64,000 nt of DNA, from the NCBI GenBank assembly GCA_965113315.1, contig OZ220367.1; one strand, given 5' to 3'. Every line of letters begins with the position of its first letter. Positions within the stretch are counted from its first letter, which is position 1. Of this stretch, positions 26,159 to 52,428 are shown piece after piece. Under the pieces are notes generated by a model. The model searched no databases. It was not told the DNA's origin and saw only the letters and a program-made list of their open reading frames with translations. Origin of the DNA: Podarcis vaucheri. Taxonomy: Eukaryota. The position numbers and the translations under genes were made by a program.

Positions 26159-26595
26159 CAGTGGTACCTTGGTTTACGAACTAAATCCATTCTGGAAGCC
26201 TGTTCTTAAACTAAAGCCGTTCTTAAACTGAGGTGCACTTTCCCTAATGAGGCCTCCCACCACCAGTGCTCTTCTACCATTCAGCTTCCATTCTTTGTTG
26301 TTGTTTAGTCATGTCCGACTCTTCGTGACCCCATGGACCAGAGCACACCAGGGACTCCTGTCTTCCACTGCCTCCCGCAGTTTGGTCAGACTCATGCTGG
26401 TAGCTTCGAGAACACTTCGAGAAAGCAGGCGTCTTTTAATTTCGTGGCTGCCATCACCATCTGCAGTGATCATGTAGCCCAAGAAAGTGAAATCTTGAGG
26501 TAATGTTCACTAGCGGGAACACTACTTCTGGTTTTGTGGAGTTCGTATACTGAATAGTTTGTAAACACAGCTGTTCTTAAACCGAGGGACCACTG
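26159..26595. mobile_element. Tigger-type MITE interrupted by a BovB fragment
   Basis: TA-CAGTGGTACCTTGGTTTA...CCGAGGGACCACTG-TA. Inverted relative of 27642-27882 with ~200 bp of extra sequence. Confidence 0.8.
26295..26496 (-). mobile_element. BovB (RTE) LINE 3' end with internal deletion
   Basis: (CAA)n tail and first ~120 nt nearly identical to 30445-30575, then a jump to more upstream RT-like sequence (GATGGTGATGGCAGCCACGAAATTAAAAGACGC). Confidence 0.75.
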
Positions 26596-27641
26596 TACTA
26601 TTCCATTGCTTGTATGGTTATTGTTGGTCAATTAATGTAAACATTAGAGAGACTAAAAATGACTATAAATAAAGAGCTGATAAGTACATCAATATTGAAA
26701 CAATGAAAATGAAACATTGTTTTCTGTTATTATTTTCCCAGTTTGGGAGGAAATAATAGTAGACAATAAATATAGCTATTGATTAATTGCAGGCCATGGT
26801 GTTGAAAAATTATTTTTGAATGCATTTCGGAAAGATCTAGCAAAAGAAAATAACAGTACGAGAGAAGTTTGTTTTCCTACTGATGGCCTATGACCATCCT
26901 CTCTACCTTGGATTTCAATTTATATGCTCATCTAGTGCAGTTAAAATGTGGAATTGCTTTTTCTACCCCTGCCTCCATGCAAATCCCTTAGCTTATATGC
27001 AAGCAAAGGAAAATGTTTAAATATTCTCAGATATTTTTTTGGGAACAGATGTTTGAATTGCCTTCATGCAGCAATAATTGAAAGATTGTGGCTGGGGAAT
27101 AGAGCAATATGGACTACTAAAGGACATCCATGTTGTCAGGATGTGCTTTCAATGTTAATTGTCTGTTTTAGAATTTGGTAATTTGCAAATAAGAAGCAAT
27201 CGTAGGCTCTTAATATTCTGCAATAACAGTTTCAAACACTGCCTTGGGCACACAGTCATTCCAGAAATAACTTGGGGTAGTGTCTTACATGAGGGGGGAA
27301 ATACTACTTACCTATGGGCCAGGGGAGGGGAGAGATTCTTCTACAAAAAGAGAAGACTCCCAAACCAGTTAAGAGGGTTGTGGAGATCCCTTGGGTCTGT
27401 TACTTGGAGTACCTCAGGAGTAGGGTCATCTAAGGGGTGTGGAACTGACAGGAAGTACCACCTTGTTTAAGAACCAAAGTATTAAGCAGCAACAGCTGTG
27501 CAACAACGGAGAAAGCACTGAAGTGAAATAACACTATAATCTGAAGTATCCTATGTTTTACCCACTTGTGTCATAAACTTCCTTTGTTAAATAAAATCTT
27601 TATTGTTTATTTGATCAAATCCTGCCTGATACTCCAAATTA

Positions 27642-27882
27642 CAGTGGTACCTCGGTTTAAGAACAGTCCTATTTATGAACGATTTTGTTTACGAACTCTG
27701 CAAAACCGGAAATAGTGTCTTGGTTTGCGAACTTTACCTTGGTCTAAGAACGTAATCTGAATGCTAGAAGGGCACCGGCAGCGGGAGGCCTCATTAGGGA
27801 AAGCGCGCCTTAGTTTAAGAACGGTTTCAGTTTAAGAACGGACTTCCGGAACGGATTAAGTTCATAAACCAAGGTACCACTG
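27642..27882. mobile_element. Tigger-type MITE
   Basis: TA-CAGTGGTACCTCGGTTTA...TAAACCAAGGTACCACTG-TA. Confidence 0.88.
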
Positions 27883-30444
27883 TATTACGTTTTCCCTCAC
27901 ACAAGTCCCCCACAAGATAATCTGAGGTAGTTTGTGGAAATTCATGGAATTGGTGTTCTGTGAGGTGGGTGCACTATATTGAAGTGAGAGTGGGCCCAAC
28001 TGCACCAGGGGGGAAAGTGCCGTTGCACTGTTGCATGTTCACGGAGGAGACCATCATTACCGCCATGTCAAGGGCTCCAAAAGTTTGGCCCTGGACAGGG
28101 CCTGGTTGTGGAATTTACAGTTTGTGCATCACAATGGCTAAAGAGCACAAAGCAAGTAGTACGAATTTAGCATGCATCATGTTTGTAAGCCCATCTTAGA
28201 ATTTGAAGGTGCTGAATACCTATTTAAAACATGGGGACTTAGCTATTTTACGCTCTTCTGGATCAACTTTGACCAGCTGGAAAGCTCAGCCAGCAAGAGG
28301 GAAGACATTTCACATTTTCAAAAACAAGCCAGGACCTGAAATGTGTCCCATGGCAGATCAAAAAGGCATGTAGCTCATGTAGAGAAATAAATATTGCTTA
28401 AGGACAGAGAATTGTCAGTACTAGAATCCTATACATTTTTGATGGCTTCAAAGGAGGCTCGTTTAAGAGCCAGTGAGCCTACTGCAGCTTGGTGGAAAAT
28501 ATTCTCTCTAGGGAAGGTCCTGGCAGCCTGGGCAATTGGGCCAGACTATGGGAATTTTTCCAGACAGGCCAGACACATATTTGTCCAAGGGAGCAAGCAC
28601 CCTTTCTTCATAGTAATGTCCTTTTTACAGAATTAATGTCTCCATGTGGAGCTGAAGTGAAAGCTATAAATGCCTTGTATAAAGGTTTGTTAGTTTCTTT
28701 CCCTCTTCTTCCCCCCCCCCACCACAAAAACCAATCCAGCACTACACAAAAGAGAAAAGATGACAAAACTAACAGCTGCCTTCTTATGGAAGCCACTTGA
28801 AATTACCTCAGGGCAGCAGCTTCACACATCAGGCTGTCCCATGACCACACTGCAAGAAGAAGAAAGGCGAGGCAATTTTATATGCAGTTCTGGCAGCAAC
28901 CATATCAACAAGTGGCAGCCCATAGAAGTGACTAAGAAAAATGGAAATGGCAGGGAAACATTTCAAGCTGCTAATTTTCTGGCTAAAGGATGAAAAGAAC
29001 TGGAGATGGAATCACAAGTTACACCCCTCAACTGCATAGCTGATCTCACCTACATTTGTAAGCACTGAGCAAGTGTACTCCTAGTGAAGGAAATTCTGAG
29101 GCTGCTTGCATATGATGGGAGTAAAAATATTAATGCAAATCGCAAGCTTGTGTGAGTGTGATCTGGGCTGGAGCTGGGAACAAAGTGTTAAAGCCCCTAC
29201 CCCTATATCAGGAACCTGATCTCAATCTTGAGAATGGGGTGGGAATCACGATTGCAGTTTCCTCTTTTTTGCCATTCATGGAATTGAGCTTTTTCAAAAG
29301 CATGTAAGTAGAATCCCTTCACAGAACATAGACTTTCCCTCCCACCCTCTCACACACAAAAACAAGCTGTGGGACACAAGAAAGAGGCCATAAAGCACAA
29401 CTTGCATGTGAAAAAAAAAAGTCCTTTCAGAAAATTGTATTTGTATTGTGTGAGGTTCAAAATGTCTCTGATTCCACATTACTCATGGCTATAAATTGTA
29501 AAGAGGATATTCTTGGAAAAGTCAGTTCTGCAGACAGTCTGCCTAATAACCTTTTTCAGTTAATCTACATACAGTCATACAAAATTATGCTTTTAATGTA
29601 TTTTTTGTGTTAGCTTTGTCCATTAAAAGGAAAACATCCTCAGCATGGATGCTATCTTCATAAATCTGGTGATCTCAGCGATGCAAATATAATCGCTGAA
29701 AAATTGACTAGCTTCACTGGAATGCTTAGCTGGGGCGACATTAATCTTGTTTTCATTTCTGTGCTCATGAAGGTTAACTTGAGAGTGCAGGGAGCATAAG
29801 CCTTTATTTTACTCCCAGCTTCTACTGAATGCAAATGCAGACACTTTTGCACGAAGAGGGAAAAGTCATTTTAACCTTGTTAGGCCATAGGGGAAGGAGC
29901 TGTCCTTTGTTGACATGAGAGTGAGGGGTTGAGAAGTCCATTTATTCATATCGCAGTTCTTCAGATCTATGTATGTTTGCCAGATGTTACTGATCCTGTC
30001 AATGTAGGAAGAACATTTTGCTACTGATCTCGGTGAGAAAACACCTGTTTCTGCTGTGCAAATAGGTAGTTATCTATAGTAACACTTTGGTCATGGCAGG
30101 AAAACCACAACAATGTGAATGCTGCTGCCAGGTCAGCCATGTCCTAGAACTCACTGGGAATAGAGGCCTGCCCTCTTTCCAAAACATGTTGATCCTTTCA
30201 TGATGCTTGGTAACAGCTAGACAGGCAAGGAGTGGGCCAACATCATTCATCATGCTGTTTCTCTGTTTTGTTGTTGATACCTCTTAGGGGTTCTGTTGTG
30301 GAAACTTGGTCATAATGAAAGGAGTGGCAGAACTCAAGTGCAATTTTTGCTGGTGGGGGGCAGGAAGACTGTATCTATAAGCAAATCAAAAATTACCCTT
30401 TAAAGCACAGTCCTATGTATGTCTGCTCAGGTAAAAAGTGCCTT

Positions 30445-31001
30445 GTTGTTGTTTAGTCGTTTAGTCGTGTCCGACTCCTCGTGACTCCATGGACCAGAGC
30501 ACGCCAGGGACTCCTGTCTTCCACTGCCTCCCGCAGTTTGGTCAAACTCATGCTAGTAGCTTCAAGAACACTATCCAACCATCTCATCCTCTGTCATCCC
30601 CTTCTCCTTGTGCCCTCCATCTTTCCCAACATCAGGGTCTTTTCCAGGGAGTCTTCTCTTCTCCTGAGGTGGCCAAAGTATTGGAGCCTCAGCTTCACGA
30701 TCTGTCCTTCCAGTGAGCGCTCAGGGCTGATTTCCTTCAGAATGGAGAGGTTTGATCTTCTTGCAGTCCATGGGACTCTCAAGAGTCTCCTCCAGCACCA
30801 TAAAAAACCCCCAGCCTTCATGGATCACTGCCTTGCCATGGCGAAGGGGCTTGGATAACTCAGAGAAGCTATGAACTACGCCGAGCAGGGCACCCAAGAT
30901 GAACAGGTCATAGTAGAGAGTTTTGACCAAACGTGATCCACCTGGCAAGCCACTCCAGTATCCCTGCCAAGAAAACTTCATGGACAAAGACAATAGGCAT
31001 A
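30445..31001 (-). mobile_element. BovB (RTE) LINE insertion: 3' end on minus plus inverted 5' segment
   Basis: Minus ORF LWCWRRLLRVPWTARRSNLSILKEISPERSLEGQIVKLRLQYFGHL.RR.DSLEKTLMLGK is the BovB C-terminus; (CAA)n tail; BovB 5'-UTR-like sequence on + at ~30810-31001; TSD TAAAAAGTG(C/T)CTT at 30432-30444 and 31002-31014. Confidence 0.88.
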
Positions 31002-34000
31002 TAAAAAGTGTCTTACTCCTATGCAAATGTGCACAGGATTGCAGCCTACTGCTAGCCAGAGGAACACTCTCTCTTAGGGATGGGTCAATCTGTCGGGTTT
31101 GGCTTCTCTCCCTTTCCAGTCTTGTGTTCTGTTTGCCACATTTCCACATCAGTTAATGAACACTTTTTTTAAAACAAGCCTTCACAAATATATATTCAAC
31201 CGTTTTGGGAACATTTCTCATACTGTATACATTTTTGCATGCGGCCTTCCCCAACAATGCATCTTATTTTCACTAATCTGTACCAATTTGTACACATACT
31301 TCCCCCAACATATGAATTCTTATGTCCTTTTTTTGTTGGAAAACAGCATCGCAAGGTGCAGAATGGTGCAAATTCCGAAGGAAGCTGCATTTGGAATGTG
31401 AAGCAGCTGGTGATTACTGATCTAGGCTGCAATTTTACTCGAAAGTGGCCAAAATGCATTAGGTGTATAGTTACGATTGTTGTTTCCACCACTCTATATG
31501 AAAACTGCACATTCTGAAGACGTTTACATGCAATCATCTGTGGAACAAAATTTATCTTAATTGCCTTAGACTGAATTCATAAGCATGGTACTCATTTGAC
31601 TAAAATGCAGATTGGGTAGGCATGTGACATATATCCTTTGGCAAAACACAAGCACTGCAGAGTTTCAGAAATGTTTGCCTCAAACACTATATTTTCATCA
31701 GTGTACAAAAAAGAACACCCCTATTGGGCAAATTTCTGATATATCCTAGGCTTGCTTTTGAAATATATAGTAATTTATCTGTTTTGAGCACAGCAGGAAC
31801 ATCATCTGAGGAAATGCTTAAAAATGGACATTATGCCTATGGGCCCTACAGAATATTGGGCTCTGATATATGTCTGAGCTCCTAAAAATAAAAAAGATAT
31901 AAAACTCTCCAGATTTCATTATTTGAATGCATTATACAGATTAGACAGACCTACATATTATTGCAGTTGTAAAATTGATTTAAAGTGACAGAAGCAGAAG
32001 AGGGGTGTAGAGATAGGAAATACTGAGTTATGGATAGGGCCCACACTTCCTCAAACTAGTGCCCTTCCAGAGGTTTTGGATTACTGTACTGCTCGCATCA
32101 GCCCTCAGCTGATGGAAATTGCAGTCTACAATTTTTGGAGGGGCACCAGCTTGGGGCAAGCTGCTGTACACAGCCACAGACGCTTTAGTCAAATGCATTT
32201 GAATATGAGCAAAGGCAATAGTTCTAAAAACAAAGTGTATTCCTTGTTTCAGATGATACACACGTCAAGAGTACACCTCAGCTCCTGAGAGACATTTCTC
32301 CTATACTGAAGAAAGGTGGCCGTCTCTCAAAATGGTGGTCAGCACCTGCCATTTTTATAGAAACGAATATGTCAGCTGATTAGATGTCACTTTTGATTAT
32401 TAAAATAGGCATAACTAATTAAATCACTGAATCAAATTAAATCACCTAAGAGAGTAACCCCATGTTCACCTGTCAGGGTCTGGAAAACCTCTGGAACCAC
32501 TTCACCAGCAGACATGGAGCACTGTTGGAGTGCCCCTGTTAAGATGGCAGAAAGCTCTGCTGGTGTAGATGTTCTACCAGAAGAGATGGGGAACCAGGTG
32601 TCTCAGGTGTGCGTAGATAACGATGCTCTGGATAAAAGTGCCTTCATTACCCCAGCCACTTAGAGATTTTATTATAATCAAGTGGTATATACATTTTGTT
32701 AAAGATAGATAAATGAAACTTACTTAGAGAATCAGCCTGACTTCGTGCCAGCCCTGGAGCTGGTATAAGAAATTTATAGTGAAAAATGTAGGTAGTGTGG
32801 GCTTTTATCCTAGTCACAGTGAAACAGGAGGGCACAGGGTGTGGTCACTGCTCTGCCACGTAATATCTCCTCTCCCTGCCCAGGTCAGGTAATTTACAAC
32901 ATATGCAAAAGCTTCAGTTATAGGGAACCTCTTACAACCACTGGGCAGGGTAATGAGACCTTTCTTGAGCAACAAGTCTTTACCTCACTTACATGGAAGC
33001 AAGCTCTACTGGAACCCATGGAGAAAATTGCCTCAAACTGAGCTGCAGTGAGTCCCTTAAACACCTTAATCCTAACAATATATGCTTTATAAACTCTTAG
33101 GGCAGAAAGCTGACAAAGAATCCGTGTTCTGACAGATCTGATACTCTTTTTTGCTCCTCCTTTAAAGAAGTGATTTCAGTTTCAGCCAGAGGCTGTCACA
33201 GAAATGACAAGAGGATAACCGAGCATAGCGGCTGGCTAAAATTAGAACCCAGTTTGCTGTCTAACACATGTGGAGGAAGGAAGTATCAAATGATGTGATG
33301 TTATTCCCATGATGTGCCATGTATTTTTCAGCTAGTCAAGAAACAGCGGGTTCTATGCTGACCTTCTAGCCAATAGCTTCAGAGAAAGAATGAACCAGGA
33401 AAGTCTAAGACCTGTCTTATAGACCAATGTGACATCAGATGGAATCCAGGTTGCATGCAACTTGCTTAGTGAATTTTTAAATTTGTTTAGAGAATTTGTC
33501 GTTTTAAAAAACAAAAAACCTAAATGAAATACAAACACAAAAGGAGTCTTCTAAGCAGCAGCTTCAGTCTCTGCTAGGAGTTTGGAAAGCGTTCTGAGAC
33601 ATACTGAACTTATTTGGAAAAGGATGAACCAGGAAACTATGGTTACCAGTTCTTGAATTAGCCTTCATCTTTAACCAACTTCAAACTGTGGCTTGCTCCA
33701 AACCTAGGTACCATAAGTTTCCCGGCTTGGATTCTTAGGAGATTGTGGTCAGTTTAAGATTTTTTCATTTAAATCACAGCACAGGGGAAAGGGAATGGGC
33801 TGCATGCAAGGACAAAAGGCTCATTCATGTTGAATCCACCCATCTCCCTGACCTAAATCTGATGTTTTCTCCACAGAACAAAACAGCTTTTTGGGTTCTT
33901 CGGTATCCGTATGTGGATCAAGTCTCAACTACTGTACAGAAGGAAAAAAATGAGACTTTCTTGTGCTTCTGTAAGAGTCACCCTGTAGTAAAACAGATTG

Positions 34001-37000
34001 TTTCTTGTATTGAACTTTCAGGTATACAGTACATAAATGGTTTCTTGCGTTGAGCTTTCATATATATAACAATCTTCTGTTTGTGTTTAAATAATTGGTT
34101 GTTGTGTTTAGTGTGGGGGGCCTATTAGCCCTAAACCTAAATACAGAACAAGACAGATTTAGCTGCAGAAGACTGGTAGATCTTGGTTCTCATTTAACAA
34201 GATATGGAAGCTTAGAAGATGAGCAGAGGTCTCCTACCTAAAGTATTTCTGCTCCATAATAAAAAATGGGCATGTAGCACCACCTTCTGGCTGCTTGTTC
34301 AAAAACGCAGAGCAAATAATTAAGGACTGAAAAAGAAAACAGCCAAAGGTTGTGGTGTACTTAACCTTTGTTCCAAACAGGACTGCTGATCATAGTCAAC
34401 AAGAGAATGTTTGTTTTCTTACACATATCTCAAGCTGTTAAAAAAATTGTTGTAATGGGCAGCTGCTCAGGAGTCTCAAACAGCCTTCCCCAACCTCTTT
34501 CTGTCCAGATGTTTTGGACTACTTCCATCACCCCTCTCAATTTGTGCCAATTGCTGGACCTGGTGGCAGTTGTAGTCCAAACATCGGGAGGGCACCACGT
34601 TGGAGAACTCTGATCTAAGATAAAATATTGCTGGTAAAGAAAAAAAGAGTACACCATTTCCCAATATTATATTCTAATGTATGTAAAGGCCAACATTATT
34701 TTGGGGATCATTTTGTACAATAAGGCTTATATTGCCATCTTCCTATCATTAGCAGCAAAGAATTTCTATGTATGAGAATATATAAAATTAATGTGTATCA
34801 TTCTTGAATACTATAAGTTTAGAACCGTTTCTTATTAACAACTCTTCCCAATAAGCTCAAGGTAGACTCCTACCAGGGACCTCTTCTGCATCTCACTAGA
34901 GAAAAAAACACCTGCCCTGTTTAACCTGTGTTGCCTTTTCAAGTCATGCTGCAGGCAAACCTTCTGGGGGAATCTTACAACAGAAGAGAGTTTCACAAAA
35001 AGGACAGGCATGGATCATGCTTATAAGGCAAACTATTAAACTAGAACCTGCATTAAAAAGAAAATTTTCAACCTTTTCCTCGCAAGCAGAAAGCTGTTTC
35101 AAGAAGCCAGTTCTATGCACATCCAGCTAAATCTCTAACAAAGAAGAAATAACTTTTCTCTCAAGGGGCATTCCCGTGGCAACAGAATGTTAGCCTGTTT
35201 CTTACATTCTCACCTGCTCTTTACCTTTCCCAATGAGCAGACCAATCCATCCTGCCAAAGGCAGCCATCTTCCTCAACAGCATGTGTTGACAATTCTGTA
35301 GTACTAGGAACGTATCAGTACTATTTGGGTTCACCTTATCACTGTAGATCAGGGGTCAGGGCACTGACAATAGAATCGTATTGTTTCTTGTTCAAACTGT
35401 GAATGCCCCCCACCCTCTTCCAGAGTTCCACCTGGCTGACAAATTCCTAGCAGGACGCAAAACCAAAAAAAAAAAAGGGTCCTCACTGATGGGCCAGCAG
35501 AACTGCCCGAACCTGTTGCCTCAGCAACACCACAGGACTGGATCAGCTGTTGGCCAAGAGGTGCAGAGCCATTGCTCAGGTGACAAGTTACCCTCACAAC
35601 AGGTGCCCAATTGCCCTGCAAGACAGAGGAAGAGAGCACTTCCTGCCATGAAGTACAGCAGAGGGTAGCCAAGGATTCATGCCTGACAGCACTTGAAGCC
35701 ATGGAACAGTTAGGCTGAAAAAGAGGCATAGGACAATATAAAACTCTGCACTTCTGGAGCTCAAGCTGCAGGAAGGGTGGTGAGAGTCCTGACCCTGTAT
35801 GGGAGCAGAGTACACACTTCCACAAGGGCTTCATAAAGTGGCCACATGTAAACAGCCCCGGCATGGACAGCTCCCCTGCAGGAACAGCAGGGACAGAGGC
35901 AAGTGGTCAGCAGCTGTGCATGAGAAACGCCAGTCTTGCAGCTTAAATCTGGACTGAACTAGAGAGATGGTGACCCAAATTCAACCACTGGCTAGAGGGA
36001 TATTCCACTAGTCAAGGGCAAGAATAACTGTTGGAAGGGATTTCATATTGCACAACAGATGTGCTAGCAGTAGCTGGTTGTGTAATCAGTCGTGCAACAA
36101 TAAATATAGGAGCTACAGTCATCCGTTGCACAACCAGCCACAGGAAACATGGTAGCTTCCTGCCTTCTGTTGCACAAGCCATTCCGTGAGTACAACTAGT
36201 ACACCGCTTAGGGAATTTAACTTACCGTAGTGCGGCATTGAATTCCTCCCAGTATTTTCAAACTATGAGCTAGCTGGAAGTGAAGAAAGCCTCTCTGGGA
36301 ATCTGACCCCTTGTGAAGGAGTCCTTGCATACTTCCACATTTCTCTGCCTCTACAGTTGCAGATGCAAAGCATCACAAGGGCAACACAAGACTCCAGTAC
36401 TTTCTTATCCAAGAGGAAGCTAAACCTGACAGTGAACATCACACTATTGCACACAGCAGGGGCAGTGCAGTTTCAAAACTACACCTCTATTTTGATCAAT
36501 AGTAGCTTGTTAGAGAAAAGTGTCTGGAATGGCCAAGTTGGGAATGATCACTGTAATTAGCTTGATTGTAAAAGATGAGCATGTATTGTTCTTCACTGCA
36601 GGAAATGACTAGCCAAGAAAAAGGTTAATGGAGAAGTCTTCACGCACATACACTATAAAAGCAATGCTTTTAAAAACCTTAAAAAGTTTCCATTTTGATG
36701 ATGAAATTGCATCTCTCTCAACAGAGACATGCTACGCTACACTAGTTATTATTAACAAAACAACTCTATCCCAATCGAAAAACAACAACAGTATCAATAT
36801 TAGAACAAATTTTACCTTTACATTCAAATTTTTTTAACTGCAATGTTGGGTAGGTGACAAGTACTAGATTCAGCATCCAATGCCAGTTCGCCATTAATTT
36901 TAAAATGCAATGAATATGCTTGTTATAGCAACAAAACACTGACCAGTAAGATATCCATTTGAGCTACCTTTATGAACCAGTACAGATTTCAAAAAGGTGA

Positions 37001-37447
37001 GAGATTCTACTGTTCTTGATCCTCTGAAGCTAGGATTTCCAGTCAGGATACAATCATTAGCACCAACAGCAAGATTTCAGTCCTCCATACAGGGGCAAAT
37101 GGCAAAAGAAAAAGTTTGAAATGTCTGGGGGGTTTTAAATAGCTTATTAAGATGTTAGCATTTGGTACAACAGTTTCATATAATTTATATTTTGGCTGAC
37201 ATGTAAAAGGAGACATAGCCAAAGTCACAATAAATCAAAAACAATTTTAGTCATTTGCTTTCCCCCCCCCCAAGTCCATTATTTTTTAAAAAATTAAAAC
37301 TGATTTTAAAAGGCTTTTGGTTTGCAACCCAGCGGGAATAGTTGGATGGAAAATATTGAACTTGAAAGGGGGGCGGGGTTCAAGAATATTTCTTTCGTAG
37401 TAGCGTTATGGAATCAAAGTTGAAGGCAGACATTGAACACTGTGCCT

Positions 37448-50244
<12,797 letters not shown>

Positions 50245-52009
50245 GGTTACAGTGCGCTGAAGGTCTGAAAAAAGAAAAAATGGCACATAGGGAATTGGGT
50301 CAGAATCATGAAACTCAAGGGGACGCTCGCTTCAACACCACACTGCAAACAAAACCTATACAAATAGTTATGATTACATGCAGGATTTTGAGAGGGCCTT
50401 CTTACATAGACAAAGCATTTCAACACAGAAACCTAGATCCTAGTGCACTATTAAAAATTCTCCACAGAACAGCTGATATGATCTTCATGAGGTAGACACA
50501 GACTTTGCACAGCTAAGCTAGAAAACATGGGACAACACGGTAGACCCAAACCCAAGTTCCCAACCCAAGAGTCTGTCTTACATGCAACACACAACAAAAC
50601 ATACTCTTGCTAAGGTACATGCCTTTCCCATTAGGTGTGAGTTCACGCCAGGATGAGTCATGGAAAGTTGCATCACACCAAGCCTGTCAGTTAAAAGCTT
50701 TGGTATGCTTAAGTTACCTTGGGATATCTCACAGTCAACATCCAGATTTGTGCTCAGCTTATAGCAAGGCCTTTCTCAGTCCATTCCTTCTTGGCCAACA
50801 TTCTGAGGGCCACATGCCAGTGGTGCGCAGGGCCAGAGGCAAAACTGGGAGGAGCAATAGGTGTCGACCACACAAGAGTTGGAGGCTTATATCGACACGC
50901 ATACACCAACCTACATTATTGCAATTCAAGAACATATTCCAGCCAAGCAACACTCAAAGAGGGTGCAGAGAAGGGCCCGGGAGGTATGTGCCTTGTGGAG
51001 AGTCCTGAGAGCTGGACAGAGAGGCCTCAAGCTCCTAGACCTGAGGTTCCCCATATCTGACCTACAGCTTGAAGACCAGTATTGCCAGTTCTCATCACTA
51101 TGTTCCAAGCTCTGAGTCATGAAAGAACTATTGCATAGGCCCTGCATCTTGAAAACCAACATGTAAGATGCTGTGCTAGAGGATTTTCTATAGCATTTTC
51201 AATTATCAAATGTTTTTCACAGTTGGTCACATAGCAGCAGATAAAACACCATGAGAACTTAACAAAAAAATCATAATCCCAAGTGCCTAGTTGCTTTGAT
51301 TCTTAAAGTCCTGATGCAGGGATTAGAAATATTTTTCCAGGCTGCTGAACTCTACTGCAAATGTTCCCCTGTGGAGCTTTTAAAGAACAATTAATCTGAG
51401 TTACAATACAACCCTTGTCACCAGAGCATTGCAACACTGACAGCAGACAGACTAATCTTCAATATAAATAAGACCTACTTTTACCTTTCAGTATCATTCG
51501 GTTCATAAGACCAAAGGGGATTGTTGTTGTGGTTTTTTAAAAATGGTTTATGCAAGCGTTTGAAGAACTAAGCAAAACCATACATATACAGACCTCTGCT
51601 CAACCATTACTAGATGGTTCAGTCAAAAGACAGGTAATCCTATGCCATTGTGTGTGTGCTGATTAACTGCTTGTCATATTAAACATGAAACAGAATATAT
51701 TGGCCAAGGAAAAGAAAAGCTCTAAAAAAAAATATTAACTCTTCCCCCATCCTAAAAAAAAGTGACTTTACCAGATGCTTATACTCAATTTTTATAAGCT
51801 GTTTAAGGAGCATCCCTCACAGTGGAGCGGGAAAGTAAAACACATTTCTAGGAGTGAAGCCTACAAAAGCTTGATTCTTTAATGTACTTGCAAGGGAATA
51901 AGGCCCATTGAACATTGAAAGACCTGTTTCCAAGCAAACATACATAGAACTGACAGTTGTTAGTATCCTACCATTCCAGCATACAAAGATGACACATAGC
52001 TTTTCTAAT

Positions 52010-52110
52010 TCATAGAATCATAAGAGCTGGAAGGGACCCAAGGGTCATCTAGTCCAACCCCCTGCAATGCAATGCAGGAATCTCAGCTAAAGCATCCATG
52101 ACAGATGACC
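52010..52110 (-). mobile_element. CR1 LINE 3' end
   Basis: CATAGAATCATA tail and GGAAGGGACC..AGGGTCATCTAGTCCAACCCCCTG stem-loop motif. Confidence 0.75.
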
Positions 52111-52138
52111 ATGTTGTACAGGAAGAGTCAATAGCTAC

Positions 52139-52216
52139 TTCTGTTAATATTGACAGTATTCTGTTAATATTCTGTTAATATTGAATATTCTGTTAATATT
52201 CTGTTAATATGTTAAT
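52139..52216. repeat. short minisatellite (TTCTGTTAATA)n, ~6 imperfect copies
   Basis: Directly visible. Confidence 0.85.
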
Positions 52217-52428
52217 GGAGTTCCAATGTGACATTTAGAAATTTCACCCCCCAAAATAGCAAGTATTGCACTACATAAGATTTGGATAGGACCCAGATTT
52301 AAAATTGCATCACTGAAAGCTTGCAACAGGATGAACTTCTCAATGATAGGACTATACAGGCCTGGCCCACTACACACCCCTCACGGGGAGAAAAAGCTAG
52401 CTTGCTTAATTAGCATATACAAGAAATA

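Noticed and set aside
36200-37447. OAT poly(A) site
   Set aside because: No canonical AATAAA/ATTAAA found by eye on minus within ~1.2 kb of the stop, only variants; the 3' end cannot be called.
50245-50286. In-frame upstream extension [14 protein letters not shown] of OAT
   Set aside because: It runs across the polypyrimidine tract and AG acceptor (50265-50266), so it is intronic.
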